From: a virus
Taxonomy: Duplodnaviria; Caudoviricetes
Direction: 5' to 3' (one strand)
IMG/VR virus record: IMGVR_UViG_3300037782_000160
Location: 1 to 45,356 of that record
Length of the DNA: 45,356 nucleotides
The notes beneath the pieces are model-generated. The model searched no databases, was not told where the DNA came from, and saw nothing but the letters and a program-made list of their open reading frames with translations. Both the position numbers and the translations under genes were made by a program. Below, piece after piece: positions 34,872 to 43,794 of the stretch; position 1 is the stretch's first letter, and each line of letters begins with the position of its first letter.

Positions 34872-37339
34872 GTTTTGCTGATTGCCTTCAACGCGCGCTG
34901 GATGATGGTCTGACAGATGCGGATCGGGCCCAGGCGACACAGGACGCGTGGCGCGAGCAGTCGGATCGATATGCGCTGTTTATGAACCGTCGCACGGCCG
35001 AGGAGCGGGCATATCAGGATATCCGCGACGCCTTCCGGCATTCCAGCGCGATCAAGCGTCGATCTCGCCTGGCCGATCTTGAGGTGATGCGGCGGAACGT
35101 TGAGGAAGTGACCGCCAGCACCGATAAGGTTGGCGCGATCCGCCGGCCGATTGAGCGTCGCGAGGGCGCAGACGATCAGCTTGATAGCGTTCGGTTCGAG
35201 CAAGACGCACTGGTGCAACTCTTCCAGGGTATGATGGCCCGGTTTTTCACCGATGTGCATCGCGATCTGATCGGCCGAGTGAAGAAGCGCGCCACACTAC
35301 GCAATGTCGCCCGCGAACTTCACGGCGAAGCGGCAGGCGATGCGGTTGCGCGCGACATGGCCGACTCAATTCGCAAGACATTCGAGCACATGCGGGTGAT
35401 GTTCAACGACGCGGGCGGCCATATCTCCAAACTGGATGATTGGGGGCTTCCACATCGGCACAATGCGCGCGCGATCGAGGCTGCGGGGATTGATACTTGG
35501 CTTCGTGAGACGAGTCCGCGGATGAATTGGGAGCGGATCGAGAATTATGCGACCGGCCGCGCCATGTCCGAAGCCAGCGAAGAAGCCAGAGAGACGTTCC
35601 TACGCGATGTGTATCGCAGCATCATCACACAGGATGCACCAGATCATGAACCGCGATATGGGCCAGCGATGGGCGGTGGAAAGCGCGGCGACGCCAACTC
35701 TCAGCGCCGGATCCTGCATTTCCGGTCGGCTGATGATTGGATGGCGTATAACGAGCGCTTCGGAGATGGCGATATCTTTGGCGCGATCAGTGGTCATATT
35801 CACCGTATGGCGCGTGACATCGCTCTGGTGCGCCGCTTTGGCACCGCCCCGCGGGCTGGGCTCGAGCATCGGATCCAAGTGGCCTTACACCAAGCGAAAG
35901 AAGCCGGTGATGCGAAGGCGATCCGAGAGATCAATGAAAGCCTGACGCTGAGCCGGGCCATGATGTCTCAGGTGTCGGGTGAGGCCGCAACGCCTGTACG
36001 GGAGTATTGGGCCAACTTCTTTTCCGGTGTTCGGCAAGTGACAACCTCAGCCTATCTCGGCTCCGCAATCCTCGCGTCAGGTGGCGAGTGGGCGGCGATG
36101 CGCCTTGCGGCTCGATCGATGGGTATGAACCGCAACAACGTCTTGTCTCGCCATATCAAGCTTATGGCCTCTTCCAATGAGCGAGAGATTGCGGCTCAGC
36201 TTGGCTACATCGCTGACACACTAACAAGTGCTGGCAACACGATGGCCCGCCTCCTAGCCGAGGTGCCAGCGAATGAGTTTCTGGAACGCGTTACTAGTTT
36301 TGTGATGCGCGCGCAGGGGCTTTCCTTCTGGACCGATATGGGGCGCACCGCGTTTCGGATGGAGTTCTCGGCGCTCTTCGCCCGAAATGCGGGCCGCCGT
36401 TTGGCGGATGTGGACGATGAGCTCCGCGAGGTTCTTACAGCGCGCGGGGTGACGGAGGCCGATTGGGCGGCGTTCAGCGATCCGCGTTTTCTCTTTACCG
36501 CTCCAAATGGCGCACGCTTCCTTTCCCCCAACCACTGGATCCACGCAACCGATCTAGCGCCCGATCAGGCCCGCCGGATCGCGCTGCGCATGTCCTCGAT
36601 CATTGAAGAACAGGTCGAGTTCGCTATCCCATCGATGAGCGTCATGGGACGTGCAGCTATCCAGGGGGAGGCCCGGCCAGGCACGCTCCCGGGCGAACTG
36701 GCTCTTTCTGGCCTGTCCTTCAAGAGTTTCGCCATGTCGATCTGGATCAACCAGAGCCGCAGGGTCATGGCACAGCCCACGAGTTGGGATCGAGCCTCCT
36801 ATCTCGCGGAACTGATAGGAACCTTTACCATGATGGGTGCGGTCAGTGTTCAGCTCAAAGAGTTGGCCAAGGGCAATGATCCGCGACCGATGGATAGCTT
36901 TGGCTTCTGGGGGGCTGCGTTCATCCAAGGCGGCGCCGGTGGCGTCGTCGCTGATCTGTTTTCCACGTCTGATAGCCGGGTGGGCGGTCTGGCAAGCTAT
37001 TTCGCCGGGCCAGTTGTCGGTTTGGGCGGGCAGGCGATGAACCTCACAGTCGGCAACGCGCTTGAAGCGATCCGAGGGGAAGATACGAACGCTGGCCGCG
37101 AGTTGTCCCGGTTCGTTTCCAGAAATACACCGGTCGCATCCTCGCTTTGGCAGATCCGAACCGCGGTCGATCGCATGGTGTTCGATAACCTCCAGCGCTT
37201 CTTGGATCCTGAGGCCGAGCGATCGATGCGGACGCAGGCGCAAAACCAGATGCGCGAGTTTGGCAACGCTCAGTGGTGGGGCAACGGAGATATGGCACCA
37301 TCGCGAGCCCCTGATTTTGGTACGATGTTTGGGCAGTAG
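34868..37339 (+). CDS. Large internal virion / DNA transfer protein
   Basis: WGLPHRH, RILHFRSADDWMAYNERFG, FKSF, GGAGGVVAD motifs seen in podovirus ejection proteins. Confidence 0.75.
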   Translation: MSFADCLQRALDDGLTDADRAQATQDAWREQSDRYALFMNRRTAEERAYQDIRDAFRHSSAIKRRSRLADLEVMRRNVEEVTASTDKVGAIRRPIERREGADDQLDSVRFEQDALVQLFQGMMARFFTDVHRDLIGRVKKRATLRNVARELHGEAAGDAVARDMADSIRKTFEHMRVMFNDAGGHISKLDDWGLPHRHNARAIEAAGIDTWLRETSPRMNWERIENYATGRAMSEASEEARETFLRDVYRSIITQDAPDHEPRYGPAMGGGKRGDANSQRRILHFRSADDWMAYNERFGDGDIFGAISGHIHRMARDIALVRRFGTAPRAGLEHRIQVALHQAKEAGDAKAIREINESLTLSRAMMSQVSGEAATPVREYWANFFSGVRQVTTSAYLGSAILASGGEWAAMRLAARSMGMNRNNVLSRHIKLMASSNEREIAAQLGYIADTLTSAGNTMARLLAEVPANEFLERVTSFVMRAQGLSFWTDMGRTAFRMEFSALFARNAGRRLADVDDELREVLTARGVTEADWAAFSDPRFLFTAPNGARFLSPNHWIHATDLAPDQARRIALRMSSIIEEQVEFAIPSMSVMGRAAIQGEARPGTLPGELALSGLSFKSFAMSIWINQSRRVMAQPTSWDRASYLAELIGTFTMMGAVSVQLKELAKGNDPRPMDSFGFWGAAFIQGGAGGVVADLFSTSDSRVGGLASYFAGPVVGLGGQAMNLTVGNALEAIRGEDTNAGRELSRFVSRNTPVASSLWQIRTAVDRMVFDNLQRFLDPEAERSMRTQAQNQMREFGNAQWWGNGDMAPSRAPDFGTMFGQ

Positions 37340-37396
37340 CGTGCATCTGTGAATGACTGAACCCGATTGATACTCTCAAAAAAGCGAGAGTTTGAA

Positions 37397-37888
37397 ATGG
37401 CATTCACGATTGATCAACTGGCTGCTCTGACTGCGGCGGCTGACGCTGACTTGCTCACCATTCTTGACGACAACGCAGCCGGTGAGCGGATGAAAAAGAT
37501 CACGCTCGCGGATCTCTTCACATATATTGATGAGAAGGTGAAGTTGACGACGCTCAATGCGCAAGGAGCGGCGCCCTGTTTCGCCGCACGTGCTTGGGTA
37601 AGCTTCGACGGTGGCGCGGTCCCGACGATCTTTGGAAACGGAAACTTTTCTGCTGTTTCTCGTGTTGGCGCCGGAATTTGGGACTGCTCGTTTGAGGTAG
37701 ACGCGCCGGACACTGACTATGCAGTGGTGGCCACAGCTGGGGCTGAAAACTTTAGCGGCCGAAATGTTTCAATTGGATTGTCAGATGATCCAGCGCACCA
37801 AACAGTCGGTGGTTTTCGCTTAATCAACCGCCGACAGGAAGGTGTTACCGCCGACACGATCCGGGTCAATGTCGCCGTGTTTTATTAG
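37397..37888 (+). CDS. Short tail fibre-like protein
   Basis: ARAWVSFDG...DTDYAVV pattern; own GTGCAT promoter at 37341. Confidence 0.6.
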   Translation: MAFTIDQLAALTAAADADLLTILDDNAAGERMKKITLADLFTYIDEKVKLTTLNAQGAAPCFAARAWVSFDGGAVPTIFGNGNFSAVSRVGAGIWDCSFEVDAPDTDYAVVATAGAENFSGRNVSIGLSDDPAHQTVGGFRLINRRQEGVTADTIRVNVAVFY

Positions 37889-37967
37889 GTCTGTCTCTGC
37901 CGCTTCCGTGCATTCTGTAAAACAACATCGAAGGGGAAACTCTCGATCGAAAGATTGAGGTGCCCGA

Positions 37968-39167
37968 GTGTCGATCCTTAAGCGCAAAGCAGAAATCGCC
38001 CATCGCGGTCTGAACAACGATCAGTTGATGGTTGATTTGTGGAGTCGCGTCGTCGTGACTTACCCGACTGTTGCTGCATTGTTGAGTGATCGGTCTTTGG
38101 CATACATGCGCGGGCCCTCTCCTGTGAGTGTTGGGGATCTGATCCTTGTTCTTGACGGCATGGCGCTCTTTGAGGTGGCGGAAGAGGGTGCCGACGATTA
38201 TCACCGGATCACCTACTATGAGTTAGTGAAACTGTATGAGGCCGGAATCCGCTATACGACGCGCGATCGGTTCGTTTCTGCGGTTGCCCGCGGATTGTCA
38301 TTGTTTGACGGCGTAGAGGTCAGAGCGGCAGGGCTTGGGTACATCGCCACCAGTGGATCGACCGAGATCCCTGACCTTCCTGGGTTCGTGCCGGCGCCCT
38401 ATTATCTCCCCGATTTCGCCGGTGACGTGACGGATTGGCATGCGATCACCGGCACCGGGATCGTTAGTGGCATAGACGCCTCAAATGCGCCGACACCATC
38501 GGGACGGTATCACGGTTTTTTCTCGTCGGTTACGCCAACAAACCAGTTCAACTTAGCTATTCACCGCGACAATGGGCGGGCATTTTGGGCCAAGCGCACT
38601 GGTGGCTGGGATGGCTGGAAGTTACTCGGCGCAAGTCAAACCCCGATTGCGCGGGCTGTTGCAGGCAATGACGCGAGCATCGACTTCATTTTGCCGGATG
38701 ACGGGTACTACCAAAGCTACTTGTTCGTTCTAAACAACCTCATTCCAAGCGTTGATGACGCGGCTCTGCTTCTGCGATCCTCGGCTAATGGCGGGTTAAG
38801 CTATGACGAAGGCTCACACTATGCATGGACGATGAACACAACACGTCCGGCGGGCAATACCGTCAATGCAGCAAACTTAAATGGCGCTATTCAACTGACT
38901 TCTTCTTCGCCAGGTCTCGGCGTGGGCAACGATGTGGGAGAGGAAGGTTATAGCGGTTCTCTCGTGATCCACAATCCAGCAGATTCGAAACAGACATATG
39001 TCAATTTCGACAGCGCTTATTCTTCCGCTGGACAGGGTTTTCTCGTGAACAAGGGAGGAGGGAAGAGACTTCTTGCTGCGACAGTGAACGCTGTCCGTTT
39101 CCTGTTCTCCACAGGCAATGTCCAAAGCGGCTCAATCTACATGTACGGCTATTGTGAGGACACGTGA
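37968..39167 (+). CDS. Tail fibre / receptor-binding protein
   Basis: Knob-like NAP...WDGWK segment and beta-sandwich C-terminus (AVRFLFSTGNVQSGSIYMYG); GTGCAT promoter at 37908. Confidence 0.7.
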   Translation: MSILKRKAEIAHRGLNNDQLMVDLWSRVVVTYPTVAALLSDRSLAYMRGPSPVSVGDLILVLDGMALFEVAEEGADDYHRITYYELVKLYEAGIRYTTRDRFVSAVARGLSLFDGVEVRAAGLGYIATSGSTEIPDLPGFVPAPYYLPDFAGDVTDWHAITGTGIVSGIDASNAPTPSGRYHGFFSSVTPTNQFNLAIHRDNGRAFWAKRTGGWDGWKLLGASQTPIARAVAGNDASIDFILPDDGYYQSYLFVLNNLIPSVDDAALLLRSSANGGLSYDEGSHYAWTMNTTRPAGNTVNAANLNGAIQLTSSSPGLGVGNDVGEEGYSGSLVIHNPADSKQTYVNFDSAYSSAGQGFLVNKGGGKRLLAATVNAVRFLFSTGNVQSGSIYMYGYCEDT

Positions 39168-39598
39168 TGCTGACAAAACTGGTCAATGGCGAACGTATTG
39201 CAATGACTGAGTACGAAGCGGCGGAGTTTGTCGCCAGCCAAGGCCGCCCTGCCCCAACCGAAGAGATGGTCCGTGAAGAGGCCGCGCAGTGCCTGGAAGA
39301 AATGGCCAGACTATATACACGGCAGGAGCGCGAAACCTGGCATGTCCAGGTGCCGGAGGCCGAAGCGCTGAAAGCGGACGCCACGGCTCCAGCACCTCTC
39401 CTGCGCCAGCTCGCCGCCGAAGATAACGTCACGCCTGTTGCGTTCGCGAATCATGTCCTGGGCAAGCACCTGGCCATGGCGACGGTCGCGGGCGCGATCC
39501 TGGCGGCGCAGCGACGGCTGATCGGCATGGACCCGATCCCCGCCGACTACGCCCAACAGCTAAAGGCTGCCGCAACAGCCGCAACCCCCGCAGAATGA
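39164..39598 (+). CDS. Tail fibre assembly chaperone-like protein
   Basis: ERETWHVQVPEA...APLLRQLA and PIPADY motifs; follows the fibre gene. Confidence 0.65.
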   Translation: MMLTKLVNGERIAMTEYEAAEFVASQGRPAPTEEMVREEAAQCLEEMARLYTRQERETWHVQVPEAEALKADATAPAPLLRQLAAEDNVTPVAFANHVLGKHLAMATVAGAILAAQRRLIGMDPIPADYAQQLKAAATAATPAE

Positions 39599-40023
39599 GG
39601 CAAACCATGAGGCATACGTTCACATCGACATCGCATTCGCTCATCACCGCACTCGGCGACTTGGCCCAAAACTGGCCGACCTTCATGCTCTCCGGTTTCG
39701 GTGTAGCTCTCGCCTTCGATGAGTTCCTGGGCGGCACGCTTCTGGCGATGGCCTTTGCCTCCATGATGTCGCGCCATCGAAAAGACAGGCGTCGTCTCTC
39801 CGTGGTTCTGATCACGGCCTTCCTGTTCTCAACACTCACGGCAATCTTTTGGCCTGGTCAGGACACCTTGGTGCCGGCGCAGGCTGGAATGGTTGTTGCC
39901 GGTCTTCTGTCTGGCGCTCTGATGCGCGTGGCGGTTGGTGTCGGCGATCGCCTAGAGGAGCGCGCGCCAGACATTGCCGATGAGATCGTTCGTTTCATTT
40001 TTCGGAGAGGGCCAAGACCATGA
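39595..40023 (+). CDS. Probable holin
   Basis: Three to four hydrophobic segments, basic C-terminus, directly upstream of endolysin. Confidence 0.65.
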   Translation: MRQTMRHTFTSTSHSLITALGDLAQNWPTFMLSGFGVALAFDEFLGGTLLAMAFASMMSRHRKDRRRLSVVLITAFLFSTLTAIFWPGQDTLVPAQAGMVVAGLLSGALMRVAVGVGDRLEERAPDIADEIVRFIFRRGPRP

Positions 40024-40685
40024 GCTTCACCATTCGTGACCAACAAGCCCGTCTCGCCGCCCTCGGCTTCGATCCTGGCCCAATCGATGGCCTTATGGGA
40101 CCAAAGACCCGGGCCGCGCGTGTCGCAGCGCTGCGCGACCGTGGCGGGCATAGCGCCGCTGATCTCTTCCACCACTCTGGCCTGCACCGGATCCATTGGC
40201 ATTGGACCGCCGGAGCCTATGGCGATATCGCGATGGAGCGTCGTGCCTATAACGGCCTGATCGATGAGCGAGCCAACCGGATCGATGGCGACTTCCGGTT
40301 CGAAGCGCAGGCGCGATACCAAGTCGGGCGGGCGGCCTCGCACACCCTGAATGCCAACACCGGCGCTATTGGCCTCGCCTGTGACGCGATGCATGGGGCA
40401 CAAGAGCGACCACTGAAATGGGGCGCGCACCCGCTGACCTGGGAGATGGTTTGGGAGATGTGCGAGTGGTCGGCAGAGCTTTGCGCAGCCTATGATATCC
40501 CAGTCTCCTGCTGGTCAACGTTGAGCCATGCGGAGGTGCAACCGACGCTTGGTATCCGCCAGCGCGCGAAGTGGGACTTTACGGTTCTGCCGGGCGACAC
40601 CGCAGCGAGTGATCCCATCGCGATTGGCGACCGTCTGCGGGGCATGACGATTGAGAAGATGCAGGACCTGAGGTTGGCGGCATGA
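40020..40685 (+). CDS. Endolysin: PG-binding domain plus N-acetylmuramoyl-L-alanine amidase
   Basis: LGFDPGPIDGLMGPKT; HWHWTAG, SHTLNANTGAIG, LSHAEVQ, KWD. Confidence 0.88.
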   Translation: MSFTIRDQQARLAALGFDPGPIDGLMGPKTRAARVAALRDRGGHSAADLFHHSGLHRIHWHWTAGAYGDIAMERRAYNGLIDERANRIDGDFRFEAQARYQVGRAASHTLNANTGAIGLACDAMHGAQERPLKWGAHPLTWEMVWEMCEWSAELCAAYDIPVSCWSTLSHAEVQPTLGIRQRAKWDFTVLPGDTAASDPIAIGDRLRGMTIEKMQDLRLAA

Positions 40686-40999
40686 CTGCCCTTCTTCGCG
40701 CTCTGCCGATGGTATTGGCCGGTGGCGCAGTTGGGGGGCTGGTGTGGCTGATCCTCGGTGCTCAGCTCAAAGAGGCACGCGCCGAGCTGGCGATTGAACG
40801 CCACGGCCGTATCCAAGCAGAGGCGACGCTTGACCGCCAAGCGCAAGCTGCGGCCGTTCACCGCGCGCATCTCGACCGCATGTCAGAAATGGATCGTGGC
40901 CGGATCGAGACCATCGACTTCTTGCGAGAACTGGAGGGCGGAGATGCACCGCTATCTGACTATCTGCGCGCTTCTGGTGAGCGCCTGTGGGGGCAGTGA
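40682..40999 (+). CDS. Rz-like inner-membrane spanin
   Basis: N-terminal TM plus coiled coil after endolysin. Confidence 0.75.
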   Translation: MTALLRALPMVLAGGAVGGLVWLILGAQLKEARAELAIERHGRIQAEATLDRQAQAAAVHRAHLDRMSEMDRGRIETIDFLRELEGGDAPLSDYLRASGERLWGQ

Positions 41000-41186
41000 G
41001 GCGGTCAAGGTTGTTCCCGAGACGCCCGTTGCCTCTGCCGATCTGTTTGAGCCCTGCTCGGGATGGCTGTTTGGCCCACCTGCGAGTGAGCGAGAATTGG
41101 CGGAAGCGGCAGAGGCTGAACAAGGCGGTCGTAGATGTGCAAATGCCAAGCTGCACGCGCTGAGAGAAATCTACGGGCCTCAGTGA
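40944..41186 (+). CDS. Rz1-like outer-membrane lipoprotein spanin
   Basis: MHRYLTICALLVSAC lipobox, Pro-rich, overlaps Rz 3' end in another frame. Confidence 0.75.
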   Translation: MHRYLTICALLVSACGGSEAVKVVPETPVASADLFEPCSGWLFGPPASERELAEAAEAEQGGRRCANAKLHALREIYGPQ

Positions 41187-41542
41187 TTGTCGGTCGCGAC
41201 ACCGGCCGTGTGTGCCCTCGCTGGCTCCCGCACATCATTCCACCCCATATCGCCTTTCGCCCAGTGGCGGTACTGATCGCTGTCGACGTGATCGTCTAAC
41301 CGCAGTCCGGGCAGCGCATTGAGGAAGGCTGCTAGGTCATCGGTATGGCGGAAGAGGACGAGCAACCGCCACCCGTGCATGTGCTTGATCGCCCGGCGCG
41401 GACCACCGTTCAGTTTTATCCAATCATCGATCTCTTCATGAGACGCGCCGACCGGCCCGGAGATCGTAGATTTGAAGTGTGCGTGTATCGGAAATGCGCG
41501 CAGGTCGTTGGTCTTCTGAGAGCTTGAGCGGCGTGGGGGCAT
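41180..41542 (-). CDS. Hypothetical protein with own promoter and degenerate LexA box
   Basis: TTGACC-N17-GATGTT upstream; GTTC-N7-GCCC spans the start codon. Confidence 0.6.
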   Translation of the reverse strand: MPPRRSSSQKTNDLRAFPIHAHFKSTISGPVGASHEEIDDWIKLNGGPRRAIKHMHGWRLLVLFRHTDDLAAFLNALPGLRLDDHVDSDQYRHWAKGDMGWNDVREPARAHTAGVATDNH

Positions 41543-41598
41543 AACGAGAACATCGGAGATGTGTCACGGTCGGTCAAGCACCTCTTCGGTTGTCTGGG

Positions 41599-41931
41599 TC
41601 ATGCTGCACCCTCAGTCATTGCTACAAGGCGATCTGCCAGTTCCGAATAGCGAACCGCCTGGTCGCAGTACTTGTCGATTAACTCGTCGCGTTCAGCGAG
41701 AAGGGCGCGGAGTATTTTGGCAGCTTGGTTTGCATCAGCTGTCATTCGGTCGGCAATGTTTTGGATTGTCGGGTAATCCCCCTGACCCAAAACGACAATC
41801 ATACCTCCAACCGTGCCGCCAAGACCTGAAAACTCCTCTTCGCAGGCGATTTGGATTGCGCTCTTGTACGGTTCGCGCGTTTCGATGCGCCGGGCAAACC
41901 GCTCCACCGCTTCTTTTGATGTGTCAGTCAT
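41599..41931 (-). CDS. Hypothetical phage protein
   Basis: MTDTSKEAVER...LRALLAERD motif; coupled operon. Confidence 0.65.
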   Translation of the reverse strand: MTDTSKEAVERFARRIETREPYKSAIQIACEEEFSGLGGTVGGMIVVLGQGDYPTIQNIADRMTADANQAAKILRALLAERDELIDKYCDQAVRYSELADRLVAMTEGAA

Positions 41932-42317
41932 TCTCCATGCTCCTGTAGGGCGATACGCACGATCTTTGCGATGTTCGGGTTATAGGTCTCTGCGGAACTG
42001 ATGTCTGTTTCGATCAAGCCCAAGCCTTCCCGCAACCGCGCGATCTCCGCGTCTTTGGCGGTGTTGTCAGCGGCGAGGGCTTCTAGGGTGTCTGCGGTTT
42101 TGGCATAGAAATCACTTCTTAGTTTGCTTTGGTCCTCAAGTAGTCGGGATCGATCATGCCTTGTTTCGTAGTGCGCTCGGGCCATCGCGCGAAAGCGCTC
42201 CACCAACTCCCCCACCCCCTCCGGCAGATCGGGGCGGGCGCGACGGCGTGGAGGATCATACCTCAGATCGCCATCAGGAACGTTTGTTACCGGCGCGTTG
42301 CAATGAGGGCATTTCAT
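41928..42317 (-). CDS. Hypothetical phage protein
   Basis: MKCPHC start with ATGA overlaps; ELVER...ADTLE...EIARLR motif. Confidence 0.65.
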   Translation of the reverse strand: MKCPHCNAPVTNVPDGDLRYDPPRRRARPDLPEGVGELVERFRAMARAHYETRHDRSRLLEDQSKLRSDFYAKTADTLEALAADNTAKDAEIARLREGLGLIETDISSAETYNPNIAKIVRIALQEHGE

Positions 42318-42505
42318 GGCGCAACTCTCCTGTTCCAAATGTCAGCCGCCGACCCGCCATGTCCGACACGCGCCCATCCTCCTTTAGAGCCGCACGTGAT
42401 GCACTCGGCCCAAACGATAGCGCTGCCATCAGTCGCCCATTTCTCAATCGCATTACCGCCGCAAAACGGGCACGGCTTAAGGTCGAACGTCTGCGCATCA
42501 TCCAT
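42314..42505 (-). CDS. Lar family restriction-alleviation-like protein
   Basis: LKPCPFCGG...CITC...WNRR. Confidence 0.8.
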   Translation of the reverse strand: MDDAQTFDLKPCPFCGGNAIEKWATDGSAIVWAECITCGSKGGWARVGHGGSAADIWNRRVAP

Positions 42506-42947
42506 CACTTTTCTCCTGCTCTATCCGAATTCGCTCCAAGATCAACTTCCCCCCTTTGGTCCATCCGCATCGGTGCCAGCCTGCGGCCAAGAAACAATAT
42601 CCGGGATTGGCGCTCCGCACCTTTGACGGATCGACGTAGGTGTAATGCCTGCGACAAGCCCAAGCCTGATCAGCGATGGCGCAAGCCTGTCGGATAAGCT
42701 CACTCGATTTGTGCGGGCTTTCGTTGCGGAAGAAGGCACAACTGATGCCGTGCTCCCCGGAGTCGCTGATGAAGTTTCGCCAAACAAATCCTGCGTCACC
42801 AGTTCTTGTTCTAAGGACGATCTTTTCACCCGGCCCCGCAAACAGGCGGCGCATCCTCCCGTCGCGATATTGGTAGGCGGAGTAATGCCGTTCATACAGG
42901 GCCAGGAGCGTTCGATCTCCGTCTTTGGAGATCCACCAATCAGCAAT
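42498..42947 (-). CDS. Mom-like GNAT-fold protein (probable ATT start)
   Basis: YERHYS, GPGEKIVL, FRNE, YTYVD...NPGYCFLAAGW; frame is open upstream to ATT 42947 behind AGGAG. Confidence 0.6.
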   Translation of the reverse strand: MADWWISKDGDRTLLALYERHYSAYQYRDGRMRRLFAGPGEKIVLRTRTGDAGFVWRNFISDSGEHGISCAFFRNESPHKSSELIRQACAIADQAWACRRHYTYVDPSKVRSANPGYCFLAAGWHRCGWTKGGKLILERIRIEQEKSDG

Positions 42948-43284
42948 CGCTCTTCTCCTGCTCTATGAGGGCGTCAAGGCTTGCCAGAAGCCAGGCGCGG
43001 GCGGGGGTGTCAGCATAATTGTCGTTCTTCTGGTTTTCTGGTGATATTACCCACGCGCGGTAGCGGCGACCTATATCAATTCGCGCCCGCCACCCCGGAA
43101 GCATCGCGTCATGCAGAGCCTTGGCGGCGTCAAGGGAGCCCCGAGTTGATGCTCTATGGCTGTCGTGCCACGTGCAATGGCCGTACGCGCTTTCGCTTGG
43201 GAAGGCGGCGGCGTGATGATGGGCGGTATCAAGGCCCGCCGCCACCTTCTCCCGTAGCTCTATCAGCGCATCAGCTTTGGTCAT
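42940..43284 (-). CDS. Hypothetical phage protein
   Basis: SLDAAKALHDAMLPGW...TPARAWLLA motif. Confidence 0.7.
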   Translation of the reverse strand: MTKADALIELREKVAAGLDTAHHHAAAFPSESAYGHCTWHDSHRASTRGSLDAAKALHDAMLPGWRARIDIGRRYRAWVISPENQKNDNYADTPARAWLLASLDALIEQEKSDC

Positions 43285-43504
43285 CGCTCTCCCCCTCTTG
43301 GCGGGCGGCGATCCGATCATCTTTACCTTCAACGGAGCCGTCATCATCTGTTGCGGGGCGTTGAGCCATCCGTCCCTCGCCGCCGCTGTCACCTGCGCAT
43401 TCTGGGCAAGGGCCGGTTATATCGACCGAATTTCGTATGGTGTCCCAACCGCAGTCCAAGCACTCGTAGTATGTGTAAGCCGCCCGTCCGTCTCTACTGG
43501 TCAT
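43271..43504 (-). CDS. Small Zn-ribbon protein
   Basis: ECLDCG...CPECAGD. Confidence 0.6.
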   Translation of the reverse strand: MTSRDGRAAYTYYECLDCGWDTIRNSVDITGPCPECAGDSGGEGRMAQRPATDDDGSVEGKDDRIAARQEGESDDQS

Positions 43505-43790
43505 TCGCGATCTCCAACAGCACATCGGCGTGGCACGGCTCATCCGGCGGGCACCAGCAAGCCAGATCCTTGCCGCGCAGATCGGCTTTGATCTCAGCCA
43601 CGCGGGCGGCCTGTTCGGGCAGTGCGAGATACAGCGCGAAGAGGCGCGTGACCAAGGCCCGATCCATTCGGCCTTCGCTGTCGCCGTGGTACGGATTGCC
43701 CCATTTCGTTGGTCGGGCAACGATCACCGCGTCCGGGTGGTCCTTGCGCCAGCCGCCCTTGCGGCGGTGCATTTGGATGCGCTTAGGCAT
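43494..43790 (-). CDS. DUF4326 domain protein
   Basis: RPTKWGNP...LRGKDLACWCP...CHADVL. Confidence 0.9.
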   Translation of the reverse strand: MPKRIQMHRRKGGWRKDHPDAVIVARPTKWGNPYHGDSEGRMDRALVTRLFALYLALPEQAARVAEIKADLRGKDLACWCPPDEPCHADVLLEIANDQ

Positions 43791-43794
43791 CGCT

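Noticed and set aside
37341-39598. Diversity-generating retroelement as in BPP-1
   Set aside because: No RT or avd gene and no TR/VR repeat pair differing at adenines was seen
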